Below are positions 23,101 through 35,264 of a stretch of 64,000 nucleotides of DNA, in pieces. The position numbers were made by a program, and so were the translations under genes. The notes beneath the pieces are model-generated. The model did no database searches, was not told the DNA's origin, and saw only the letters and a list, made by a program, of their open reading frames with translations. Source of the stretch: Hydrurus foetidus (Eukaryota); contig UYFQ01000611.1 of the NCBI GenBank assembly GCA_900617105.1, positions 1-64,000 of the forward strand. The letters run 5' to 3'. Position 1 is the stretch's first letter; each line of letters opens with the position of its first letter.

Positions 23101-26100
23101 AGTTATCAAGAACAAGATACTTTTGACAGCATCTCACCTTCTATTTCTCTTCACAGGGGGAACAGGAGTGGCGGACCAAATAGCAGACTTGAAAAGGGGC
23201 GCGGAGATAGTGGTGTGCACACCCGGAAGAATGATCGACATCCTGTGCATGCAAGCGGGCAAACTGGTGAATCTCAGGAGGGTCACAATGGTGGTACTTG
23301 ACGAAGCGGATCGGTGCGTTACCCTCTCCATTGAATTGCATTGAGATGCGTGTGTTACATTGCTTGTGTTGTGTTGTGTTGTAGAGTTGTTGAAAGTCTT
23401 GGTGGTATTTTGTGTAAGTCCGTCCGTCTGTCTGACGGTCTGCCTGTCTGTCTGCATGGTAGCGCGAGTACGCGTACGAGTCATCGCTACAAGGCACTGC
23501 GCCACTATCGCCACGCAACCTACTGCACTCGATTGCACTGCGCATCATTGCATAGCATTGCATGCAGTTGCAATGCATTTTATCGTATAGCTCACAGGCG
23601 AAGTTGCGGAGACTCGAAATTGATTTGCCGTGCTATCCGCACTGATTGCGTGCCCTAACTACTACAATCGTCACCCTGAACCTACCCGATACTGAGTACG
23701 TGCGTGTCTGTGTGAATGTGTGTGTGTGTTTAAAGCGTGTGGGTTCTTGTGTGTGCATCGTGCGTGCTTGTGTGTATCTATGTATCAGCTGTACGTGTGC
23801 ATACATGTGTGTGTGTGCGTGTCTATCTATATGAAGTGCGTGGTACGTGTGTGTGGACATCCTGCTCAAGGAGAGGTAAGGAAGAGGATGAGAAGTTGGT
23901 GGGAATGAAAGGAAATAACAGGGAAGGAGAGTCACGCATCCACACGCATCCCGGTCATCTTCACCATCTAGAATGGAAGGGAAGGGATCGCGCTGCAGTC
24001 TGCTGACGAGCTGACAAGCTGAGACACTGGCGTGAAGATCAGAACCAACCCACTCCCATTCCCTTCCTTGTTCGCCTTTACTCTCTGCTCGAAGAGATAG
24101 CCGTGCAGCTAAACCTATCCTTGCTCGAAGTGAAGCACGGCGCATTTCAGCAAGACACCACACGCCATCACATGACAGAGCATGGCGTTGTGCAGGGTTT
24201 GAGCACCATCACAACACACATCCATCATTACATGCTGGCAATGTAACCGTATGCCATGCTGTGCTACTCCATCCTAACCTCGACATCCAGCATACACTTC
24301 TCATCCTTTTCCTCTCTCTCTCTTTCTCTCTCTGTTCACACGGAGCGAGAGAAGAACGAACACTCCAACCTGATACATAGCATAAACAGCCATCCTTTGA
24401 TTTACACCTCAACTCCTCCTCCTACTCGCTCACTCCTACTGCTTGTAAAGTATCTTGCCTGTACACTCACCCCACCTCACCTCACTCCTCTCCCCTTCTC
24501 TCACCCTTCCCTTTTCCTTTCTTTTTCTCAGATGTTTTGACATGGGCTTTGCTCCGCAGATAGAAATGGTTCTGCAGAATATTCGGCCGGACAGACAGAC
24601 TGTTCTTTTCAGCGCCACATTTCCTAAACAAATTGAGAAGCTCGCCAAGACTGTTCTGCGACTACCACTGGAGGTGGTGGTAGGAGAGCGAAGTAGTGTA
24701 AACAAGGACATCACGCAGGTAGTCGAAGTGCATGAAGACTCTGACAAGTTCATGCGACTGTTGCAGTTGTTGGGTGTGTGGTATGAGAAGGGAAGCGTGC
24801 TAGTGTTTGTAGATACGCAGGAGAAGTGCGATCAATTGTTCCACGATCTGCTGAAGAGTGGATATCCCTGCCTTTCTCTGCACGGAGGTAAAGATCAATT
24901 AGACAGAGACCACACACTGCATGAATTCAAAAAGGGTATCAAGACGGTCATGGTGGCTACTTCAGTAGCAGGCAGAGGACTGGACGTGCCGGATATAGTG
25001 GTTGTCGTGAACTATAACTGTCCGAATCACATCGAAGACTACGTACACCGTGTTGGCCGGACTGGTCGGGCTGGCCGTAAGGGCACGGCCTACACCTTTA
25101 TTTCCCCGTCAGAAGAGCAGTACTCCCCCTTGATGATAAAGGCGTTAGAGAAGGCTGGTCAAGCACCTGCTCAAGAGCTGCTAGATATGGTGGCGTCGTT
25201 TAAAGAGAAAGTCGGTAGAGGAGAGGCGAGATACAGCAGCAGTGGGTTCGATGGCAAGGGCTTCACTTTCGATGCGTCAGAGCAAAGCGAGACACAGAAG
25301 AATGCCTCCTTGCAAAGGAAAGCGTATGACATAGAGCAGGGAATAGATGAGAAGGGAGAAGAAGAGGAAGAGGACGAAGAAGGGGAGAAAGAAAAAGACA
25401 AGGATAAAGTACCTGGAGGTTTACCGTTGTTGGCAGCCCCTGTTGTAGAGTCCACCCCATTGGAACGGGCCCGGGCAATAGCGACTAGTCTGTGTCTGTC
25501 AAAGGGTCTACCCGTGCCTATTATCGTCACCCTCCCCGCCTCCCTCACCTCCGTTCCTTCTGTTGCCGCATCTATTGGGGCAGATGGCAAGATAGACAGT
25601 AGAGCGGCTATGCTGCGTGCCAAGGCGATTGCATCACAGTTAGCAAGTGGGGGCAAACTAGGGGAAGGGCCTGAGGTCAAAGAAGCAGCAGCTCACTTCT
25701 CGGAAGAGCTGGACATCAATGACTACCCTCCTCAGGTGCGTTACATTCGTATTACTACCATCACTCCCCTTCCTTCCCGTTACCATCACGATCATTCCAT
25801 AACTCCGCTTCATTTTCTTTATCATAACTGTCACTCCATCCCACATTTTTATTTCCTTTACTCCAACTATCAATCCCCTTCAGTCCATTTACCATCACCA
25901 TCACTCCCCTTCCCTTCCCTTTTCCTGACTCCCCACTTCATGTTTTATCACCCCACCCTCTATTGTATCACGTGAGCTGATCCCCATTCTGTCCTCATTT
26001 TCTTTATCTTCATCCGCTCTGCTATGTGTCTATGTAGGCGAGGAGGAAGGTCACTCACAAGAATGCACTAGACGATATCAGCGAGCAGACAGGAGTAGCA

Positions 26101-26301
26101 ATCATCTCCAGGGGGTCTTACGTGCCTCCTGGCAAGAAGTTAGAAGTGGGAGAAAGACGATTGTTCTTGTTGATAGAGGGCAGCACAGACTTGCAAGTCA
26201 GACAGGCAAAGCTAGAGATCCTACGCATGTTGGATGAAGAGACTCTACGTATAGGAGCGAGTGGTAATGCTTCTTCTTTTGGACGATATGCAGTGCTCTA
26301 A
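20106..26301 (+). CDS. DDX46: DEAD-box splicing helicase DDX46/Prp5; exons about 20106-20243, 20319-22435, 22795-22913, 23157-23313, 24532-25735, 26038-26301
   Basis: RS/RD-rich N-terminus, [52 protein letters not shown], and the DDX46-type tail LDINDYP...AIISRG...LFLLIEG. GT-AG junctions keep the frame. Confidence 0.93.
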
Positions 26302-27681
26302 TTCAACGCCACAGCACCATCCTCCATATCACCAATGAGAGGCGCAATCTTGCCACGCATGCATTTCTTCGCAGCGCAAGTATTGCATGGCACTGGACAG
26401 TCACGCACTCTACTGTCCTATCCTATCCCGCCCCACTTTATTCTGCACCATGCTGTCGGTTTGATTACTTTACAACTTATCTGTTCCTGCGCTCTGTGAA
26501 GTAGGAGTCACAGTGTCAAACCTCATCAACCCCCTCTCCCTCTTCCCCTATGGATGGATGGATGGATGGACGATGAAGCCATCCCTTCTTATGGATAACA
26601 TATTTATCTCGGTAGTGTGGGTGATGAATTGAGATGACATGACTAGCAACAAGGAAGAGATGATACTCCCATGTTGTTATCAGACCATCAGTTAGCAAGA
26701 GAGGGAAGAATGTGACGGGACACAGGAGATGCAAGGTAGCCACGTCTCAACGCACTTCCCACTCAGGGCTCTATCATTACCGTGCACCTTAAAACGAGGG
26801 CATCGGGCATCTCATGGGACGTGATATTGGAGGTGACTGAAACAGCCTCCTCTTTCTAACTTCATCGCTATTCTTATCCAGAGAGCATCATCTCATCTCA
26901 ACGGACAGTAACTCATCCTGAGCCACCGCTAGAATATGTTGTTACAGAGGTGTACAGACAGGATCGGATGATCAGATGGGAGACGAACGGGGCTGGACTA
27001 GACCGCACTGCACACAGCCATAGGGGAGTGGAGGGGGGGAAGGTGTTGATGGCATCAACTGACGCATCCTCTCTCCCTTCCTTCTCTCCCTCCCTCCCTC
27101 TCTTTCTCCTGTGCTGTAATCCACTGCACTGCACTACGTCACCTTTTCAGGGAGATAGACAATGGACTATTTAACACTTTCTCTCGTTCTTCGTTGCTCT
27201 GGCACCCTTCATCTCATTGATATATCCCGCCTTGTATCATGCGACACGTGTGATATACCAAACACGAAGAAAAAAGAGAATAAAATAAATAAAATAAAAT
27301 AAACGAAACAACCAATGGAGCAGCAGCGTAGACTGTATACCGTAGAATCCTTAGAGAGATAGGGCAGATCGTCAAGCGCAATCTTAACCTTCTTCGTATA
27401 AATTTGTCTGATGTTGAATAATTCTGTCTAATTTGCTGCATAAAAAGGTTTATATACTATGATGTATAATGTCACCGTGCACTTCGCACTGGATTTTTTT
27501 CTTCTTGTTTCTCGAGGAGGATCGTACGCACTAAGGTACTCCCATCATCCGATTCTACACAGCACTGCCGAGGAAATTCTCAATCGTTCTTCGTACCCCC
27601 ATTTCCAGTTCGCACGCATCACTTCAACTCAAACTTTAATTTGGGCCCGATGGACACTAGGATACTACACTGCACTGCTGC

Positions 27682-27827
27682 AAAGTGTATTCTCCTGCGT
27701 GGCCAAGTAATTAGTAATTCGTGCCTGTGGCCGATAATTTGATGCATCATTTTAGAGTTCTCTTTCGCTTGTCTGATTATGTGTTGGTTAATTTTTTGCT
27801 TTTTTCCATCAGAAGGGAGATTGGTTT
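27682..27827 (+). repeat. 146-bp direct duplicate of the tRNA-Pro upstream region plus the first 13 nt of the tRNA
   Basis: Essentially identical to 28585-28730 and breaks off after gggagattggttt. Confidence 0.9.
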
Positions 27828-28717
27828 GGGAGCACGGCGGAAATGTAAATCTTCTTGAATTTATAGGAGCTTCTTGAATTTTATTTTTGTCGATATGAGT
27901 CGTCGTCTCACACGTGTTACAAAGGCAGGAATAAGTAGTCCATTTTTTTTGGGACGCAAATGCTGTCGTCCTTGATCGAATTAACGTCAACTATAAAAAC
28001 AAAGGCGGGATGTCATCTATCATATCCGGATTGTCAAAACTGTTTTAACGACTTTCTCGGAATAGTTTATCTTTCTTGTGGAGCTCCTCATGCGGATATC
28101 ATTATTGATAAGAAAATGACATTAGTATTGGAGCCCGCGGCACTATTGGTCCCGAAAAACCTCCTCAAACGCCCCAGGCTATGGGTTAAAAGTGCAAGGA
28201 ACAAGCTCTGTAGCAAGCATGAAGTTGTGGTGTTATTGCACTGTGTGATCTTTACAGTTGGTGTTGAGATGTTTACAATCTCAACGTTAGCATCAACGCT
28301 CCGAAAAAGAAGAATTGTCGAAATTCCATTCTAGCTCACAAGCTTTGAGCTCTGGGTGATCTCGGTTACGTACCGTAGACCGTAGACCGCCGTTGATAGA
28401 AACTCGGCCTGTACATGAGTTGTGAGGTGTGACGTCGTCGCCAAACCATTTTTTGACGCCGAAGCTTTAGATAAGTACTCTTGTTCATATGGTTTGACGA
28501 TATCATCGATTCCATCACAGATTCCAGGCTTATGACCACAATTTTAATTCAGGCTTATCGGACAACATGATAGCGCACTTTTGTAAAGTGTATTCTCCTG
28601 CGTGGCCAAGTAATTAGTAATTCGTGCCTGTGGCCGATAATTTGATGCATCATTTTAGAGTTCTCTTTCGCTTGTCTGATTATGTGTTGGTTAATTTTTT
28701 GCTTTTTTCCATCAGAA

Positions 28718-28824
28718 GGGAGATTGGTTTAGGGGTATAATTCTTGCTTCGGGTGCGAGAGGTCCCGGGTTCGATTCAATCCGCTCTCTGTGAGATAACT
28801 ATCACGAAATTCCCGGATCTCCCC
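28718..28824 (+). tRNA. tRNA-Pro(CGG) with a 35-nt intron in the T-loop (28776-28810, position 59/60)
   Basis: Acceptor stem GGGAGAT/ATCTCCC plus discriminator C; anticodon arm CTTGC-TTCGGGT-GCGAG; T-stem CCGGG/CCCGG. The spliced T-loop is TTCGATT and the mature length 72 nt. TTTTT terminator just downstream. Confidence 0.88.
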
Positions 28825-28827
28825 GTG

Positions 28828-28832
28828 TTTTT
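28828..28832 (+). terminator. RNA polymerase III terminator (T5) of tRNA-Pro
   Basis: TTTTT 3 nt after the discriminator base. Confidence 0.65.
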
Positions 28833-29594
28833 GAATGGTGATTTCGCGTTCGCATCCTGTCTTCATCTGTAAACTTCTTGCGCTATGGTATTTAGATAAT
28901 GCTATATCAGTTGCATAACAGCTCATGTAGTGACCGCTTCACCGCACCGTATCGTCTTACAGATGCTCTCAACATTAGCCTCAACATTAGCCTTGTACTG
29001 TAGAACAGTATTGAGAATTCTCATGATGGCCTGCCACCTTGCAAGTTGCCTAGTCAATCAGCTGCAGCTACATTGATCACTATCACGTAGTATTGTGATG
29101 TCAATATACATAATCAGCCATGATACCGCGTCATGATCAGTAGATTGATTGTTATACACTCCTGTAGTTTGTTGATGCACATCATGTTGTCAAGTGAGCA
29201 CATATCACGATGTTTTCTATTGAGTCGAAAAAGCGATTTTTCATCCCAAATAAAATCGGCATTTCATCCTTTCGGAAAGGTTCTTGTTCATCTCAGGAGC
29301 TTACTACATCTGGGTAAATCAAAATACGCTTTTACGTTCACTATTCGTCTCACTTGCACCGCTGCCCCCGCACAAAATAGGAGAACCTGGCGTCATGAAT
29401 AATAAATCGGCATCTGCAATCTCATGTAAATAAAAAACGGTTCAAATTAAAATTAGTTGTTCTTTGTTCCCGTGAAGAATTCATGGAACTACTTTGTGCG
29501 CCCTATTTTTTCTTTAACTGTCGAAGTTTTTTATTCTGTTCTCCATGTGGACTCCAACCATTACAAACGACAAATGGGCTCTCTTCTGCACACT

Positions 29595-29735
29595 GTACTG
29601 TCGAAATCACAACTACAAAGAAGTGTCTCATTTTGTGCTCGAAAATGACCGCTGAGAGCAACGCGCCTCGCTCTATATTCGTCATTATGCTTCAAGAAAA
29701 TGCTGAAAAGTGCTGTTTTGTTCTGACTTCAGAAA
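29595..29735 (+). repeat. Dispersed repeat, diverged inverted copy of about 32920-33065
   Basis: Shared blocks caactac..agaa..tctcatttt.tgct.gaaaa.gaccgctgagagca...tattcgtca...tgcttca in opposite orientation. Confidence 0.7.
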
Positions 29736-30399
29736 TAGAAAATACGCAATTCGGTTCTAGAATGAAGATCCAAGTTCCATGGTCCATCTTCAGGGTTACA
29801 ATTTGCTGCATCAATAGCGAGATAAAATGCTCTACCATGTACGAAATAAAACAGATGCGCTGTAATGAAGTGCCAGATGAAGAGGACGCTCACTACTCCA
29901 CCTAGTGAGCATCCTCTCTGTGAAATATGATTCGAAATATTCTTTGCTATGTTCTGACTAGAGAACAAGGTATGCATCATGTTGTCGAAAATGATGTGCA
30001 CAACATGTAGGTCTCGATCCACAAGAGCATATGTCAATCAATGACGTCGAGGTACGACTGACTATGTATGTTGACATCGCAATTCGACATGATAGTGATC
30101 AGTGCAGCAATAGCTGATTGATTGATCGATTGATTGATCGATCGATGAAGTGGTATCTTGAGAGGTTGCCACCCATGCACTTAACACACGTTGCAAAGAG
30201 AGAGAGAGAGAGAATTATCAATGCATCGTTGCACTCAACCAACTAATCTCTCTTTCTCTTTCTTTCTCTTTCTCACCCTCACCAACGCCTCCACTTCCAT
30301 CAAAATATGATTTCATACCCTCAGCTCATCTTCTCATTTAGAAGCAATTCATGGTAGCATTGCATAGTGCTTATATGTCAGATCAATAACTCCAAGAAT

Positions 30400-31037
30400 C
30401 TTCTCTCCTCTCCTCTTCTCTTCTCTTCTCTTCCTCTCCTCTTCTCTTCTCTTCTCTTCTCTTCTCTTCTCTTCTCTTCTCTTCTCTTCTCTTCTCTTCT
30501 CTTCTCTTCTCTTCTCTTCTCTTCTCTTCTCTTCTCTTCTCTTCTCTTCTCTTCTCTTTTCTCTTCTCTTCTCTTCTCTTCTCTTCTCTTTCTCCTTCTC
30601 TTCTCTTCTTCTCCTCTTCTTCTCTTCTCTTCTCTTCCCTTCTCTTCTCTTCGCTTCTCTTCTCTTCTCTTCTCTCTTCTCTCTTCTCTTCTCTTCTCTT
30701 TTCTCTTCTCTTCTCTTCTTTCTCTTCTCTTTCTTCCTTCTCTTCTCTTCTCTTCTCTTCTCTTCTATTCTCTTCTCTTCTCTTCTCTTCTCTTCTCTTC
30801 TCTTTCTCATATTTATATTTCTCTTTATATTTAATTTATATCTCTTCTCTTCTCTTCTCTTCTCTGCTTCTCTTCTCTTCTCTTCTCTTCCTTCTTCCTC
30901 TTCTCTTCTCTTCCCTTCTCTTCTCTTCTCTATATTTCTTCTCTTCTCTTCTCTTCTCTTCTCTTCTCTTCTCTTCTCTTCTCTTCTCTTCTCTTCTCTT
31001 CTCTTCTCTTCTCTTCTCCTCTCTCTTCTCTTCTCTA
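30400..31037. repeat. (TCTTC)n microsatellite, about 640 bp
   Basis: Read directly from the sequence. Confidence 0.97.
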
Positions 31038-31059
31038 ATCAGATCTTGTGGGGCTTATA

Positions 31060-34028
31060 TTAGCTGGGAATAAGATCAGCAGTTGTAACACTCAGCGCCA
31101 TCTCAGCCAATACTTTGCCCGGACAAGCAGGTCGAATGAATGAAGGAATGGTGACACTACCCGACATCATGCTGTTTAGTATGCCGCTGAGTTTTGAGAA
31201 GGCAGCTTGATGAATGCTCACGACGTGATCTGTGATGATTTGTGTGGTGCAAAAGATGAAACGGAGAGATAGTGCAACGGACACGAGGAGGGGACAAATG
31301 AAAAAAGAGAGGATAATGAATGAATATATGAAGGATGGGGAGAAGGAAGGAAAAGGAATTAAAGGAATTGGAAAAAAAGGTAAAAGAAAAGAGAAAGGAA
31401 AGAAACGAAATTGAATACGAGAATAAAATTAAGATACATGGGTAAATTGCGTGTGTAAGCATCGCCAGAGAAGAATTCCTGTCAATTCATGCACCGAAAT
31501 ATGACGATGGTCAGAACAAAATCCACCAAAACGTGCTTAAGGTTCATGCAGATTCAATTTCGAAGTGCAATTAACAAGCAGCAGAACGATACGATACGAT
31601 ACGATACGATACGATACGATACGATACGATACGATACGATACGATACGATACGATACGATACGATACGATACGAAAACTTGAAATAAGAAGGCGGAAGGT
31701 GTATGAATAAAAACATTAGGAGAGGGTGATGATGTTAATTATCTTGCCCTGTTCACCTTGATGAAATGTAGACTGGTTGCCGCCTGCCCCGTTAGCGATG
31801 AGCGGAACGTTGAATACCCAGCTCTTGGTCATGGAGTAGAGAAAGGCGTCTGCTTGAAATCCCTTGGGGGACCATATGCACTGAGAGAAGAGGGGAGGGG
31901 GAGGGGGGTGAGGAGAGAGAATGTGAGAAGAGAGAGAGAGAGAGAGGGAGAGAGAAATGGAGAGGGGGAGGGGTAAGGTAAAGATGTTGCGTGATGAGAT
32001 ATAGAGGGGGACAGGATGAGGGCGGAAGAATTATTGAAGGAAAGTAACGACTGAAATCGGCAACTACAAGACAGGTGGCAAAATGAATGACGAACACAGA
32101 CAGGCAGGAAAACAGGAAGATCAGGAACTAGTATACAGGATTCACTTGTTTGGTGCTGTATTCGTTGGCATGACGGATCTGAAAAAGTTCACTCAAGGAT
32201 ACGCATGCAGATAAAGAGTAACATGAAGTCACTGACATATTCCGTGTACTGTACGTACGGGTGGCTCCATGGAGTACGTAAGTGTTCCGTTTGTGTCACG
32301 TACGCACGGACTGTTCTTCGGAACGGGGGGACTAAGGGTGCCAGCGATTAGTTTCACATCATCCCAGCCGTTACGCTCCTGATAGGAGATGAAGAGATGG
32401 GGGGGTGAGTGAGGGAGTGAAGAAAGGAAGGGGAAGAGAAAGTCGGGAGAGGGAAGGAAAATCGAAAAGGCGAGGGAGGGAGATCAAATAAAGATCAAAT
32501 AAAGGGGGGGAAAAGAAAAATGAAATCAAAAATGAAATATAATGGATTGTCGTATAGGAAGATCATGGGAATGTGAGAAGGAGAAGAATGGAGGAGAGGG
32601 GTAATGAAAGTACGAGAAGGCAAGGCAGAAGAAGGGAAGATGCGGAGAGAAAAAATGAGAAGTAGACAGAGTTAGAAGCGAGAACTCCCAGTCTCAAAAG
32701 AACTAATTAAGTGGACAATTTATGCGACCTTCAATATTTTGTCCACTATCGGCCCCATGACTGCTTTGTTTATCAAGTACGCACACGTACTCCAGTACGC
32801 TACTGGCTGGTTTGGCCATTTCTCAACCTGACGAAAGCACGTTCCGCGTAGTGCATCAGTAAAAAGTGACGATTGTATTCTTTAATGAAAGAGTAATTTC
32901 ACTGAGCAGAGAATACTGAATATTGTCGGCGTCAAAACAGAACAGCGTTTTGAGGATATTCGTGAAGCACATGACATGACGAATACGGAGTGACAAACGC
33001 TGCTCTCAGCGGTCGTTTTCAAGCATAAAAATGAGATGTTTCTTCGTAGTTGCAACTTCAACAATGCATACAGTTTGAGTTGGGAGTGGAGAGTTGAAGA
33101 AGTTCACACTCACCCAGAGAAACTCTTCACCTTTTTTCTGTTTTTTCTGATAGTCTCCCCACCGTGCTGACAATGTATCTTTATTACTATTGAACAGCTG
33201 AATAATGCCCCAGTTACTTGGAGCTGATTAAAAGAAGAACATCGTCGTATGTGAAGATGAAGGGCGATAACGACATGAGTTCCTGAGATGGCAGATTTCA
33301 ACGATGAGTAAAATGTGGAACTAAATAACATCACGCTCCAATTCGCAATATCAAGTATCGGCGAGAGTAATACGACAGATAATTATATCCTGTCTGCTAT
33401 CTATTTCTCGTTCAGAGATTTAAATCAATGCAGGAGGAACAGTTTGAAATTGAATTCAAAATCATAAATTCAAGATGTTCTTACCTGTAGCAACCAGAGC
33501 ATCCCAATCAACATCAAATAGAAACTGGACGTCGTCCTCTATTATTAACGCATATTTGCTAGGACTTGGATTCTCATTGATCGCCTGTCTCATGGCGTAG
33601 AGATGCGACACTGTGCACCCGATCTCCTTTATTCTGTTATGTTTCTTCCTCCCATAAAGGGAAGAAAGGATGACCTTATAAGGCCAGAATTTTGACCCTT
33701 TCTTCACAGAACTCCAGTGTGGTATATCCTCACTAGTATCATACTTTGCCTGATGCGTTGTCCAGAGTTTCTCGACATCTACCGGAATATAAATATCGTC
33801 GAGGCCGAATCCACGTACACGGAAGTGCTTATTAGGGCCCACGACATTATCCAAGTGCTGCTCCATCGCGACACGACGATCGACGCTTTTATCCATATTT
33901 ATCCAGTAAATGTTTGGCGAGTTGACAGCCTTTGTCCAGATGCATTCCTCGTCATTTTTTACGGAGGAAGCAGTTCGGCCGGTACGCAGCAGAAGAATTC
34001 CAAATGCGAGAAGCCTCCAGAAGAGCAT
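31060..34028 (-). CDS. Secreted or membrane glycosyltransferase family 25-like protein, 6 exons
   Basis: Signal-like N-terminus; IYWINMDKSVDRR, EIGCTVSH, ALIIEDD. Further exons read by hand: PSNWGIIQLFNSN (~33113-33224), YWSTCAYLINK (~32729-32827), ERNGW...MEPP (~32257-32379), CIWSPKGFQADAFLY...QSTFHQ (~31757-31880) and a last exon to TAA at 31060. Confidence 0.8.
31586..31673. repeat. (GATAC)n microsatellite (intronic)
   Basis: Read directly from the sequence. Confidence 0.95.
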
Positions 34029-35264
34029 TTCGTTCGAATTGAAGCTGTCTCACGACCGCTTTGATGCCACCATCTAGTACACAGTATCCAGTTCCCAATA
34101 TACAGAATGACCTTCTCGATGTCCCGATCCCCCAGTAGTTCAAGGTTTTAGAAGAAGTTACTGCGGTATATTTGTTTCGGGCAAAATTTGATGAGAAATG
34201 AGAAACGGTTTTTTCGTTTTTTCCCAACCCTCTGCTTCGAAGAATGTGGGAGAGAAGTACAAATAAGTAATAAATATAAACAACTTTACTGCGAAGGTGG
34301 CAAATGTCAATTCTGCTGGAGATTTTTTTTAACAATATTGAATGTGCAACTGATGGCGCGCGCAAAGTAAGCCACCTCAACCGCACATAACAAATTTCTG
34401 GAGGCGAAATGTGGGGAAATGCATACCGGATATTTTAAATACTTGTGAAAATTTATTCAACAATTAGCCAATACCTTTTAACCCCTTCAGAACAGGTATT
34501 TTGTTGTAAAAGTGCTTGAAAAGATCATAACGTATAATCATAATACGAAATTTCAGAACACTTTTCTTGAATGTATTCTCAGATGTCTCATGGTTTTACG
34601 CAGAAATGGAGAATGCTTCAGATAAAGTAGGGTGCCTATCTAATAGTATTTACTGTCTACTTCACAGTGCATTATACGGCCGACAACTATGCATAGCATT
34701 GAATGCAGAGAAGTCTAGTTGTCTTGGGTGTACTACATATTGAAATGTGAACTAACAATTTTCTACACAGTTTTCACTATTTCGCCGAAACCAAAATTTT
34801 GGAAATTCATTACATTTCAGGGCCCGTACAAATACTGGACCGAATGCATTATTCAATCTATGTAACGCTGATATGTCAAGGTAATTGGGCGCAGAGATCT
34901 TCAAGAATGAAATACTGATGTTGCTCTCCTAAAAAAATCATTTCACGCTCGCGTCTCATTAATTCTAAAGGAAAAACATACTTGCAAGCTATTTTCGGAC
35001 TTGACGCGTCTAGAGCAAACACTGTTCAATTTGAGGTTGGGAAGATGGGATTCACAGGTCCGCAAGAGGAAACCGTTTTATGTTACATGATGTGAAAATA
35101 CGGATTTTCTGTGAAGAGCCCTTTGGGGGGCTGAACTTTCTCCCGACCAGTCGATTATTTTGTTTTGTGATGGGGATGAGCACTGCCGTAATCGAATCAC
35201 TGTTTCAGCAGTGCGTTTGAGCTTGATCAATCTGTACTTCAAAAGCAGTGCACTCTTCTTGAGA

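Noticed and set aside
23314..24531. Cys/Val- and His/Thr-rich ORFs in the DDX46 intron
   Set aside because: They are products of GT/CA-rich low-complexity intron sequence.
30349..30834. ORFs encoding REEKR and LLFSS repeats
   Set aside because: They are translations of the (TCTTC)n microsatellite.
32257..32379. Apparent frameshift in exon 4 of the GT25-like gene
   Set aside because: Counting six G residues at 32325-32330 keeps the frame (SPPVPKNSPC).
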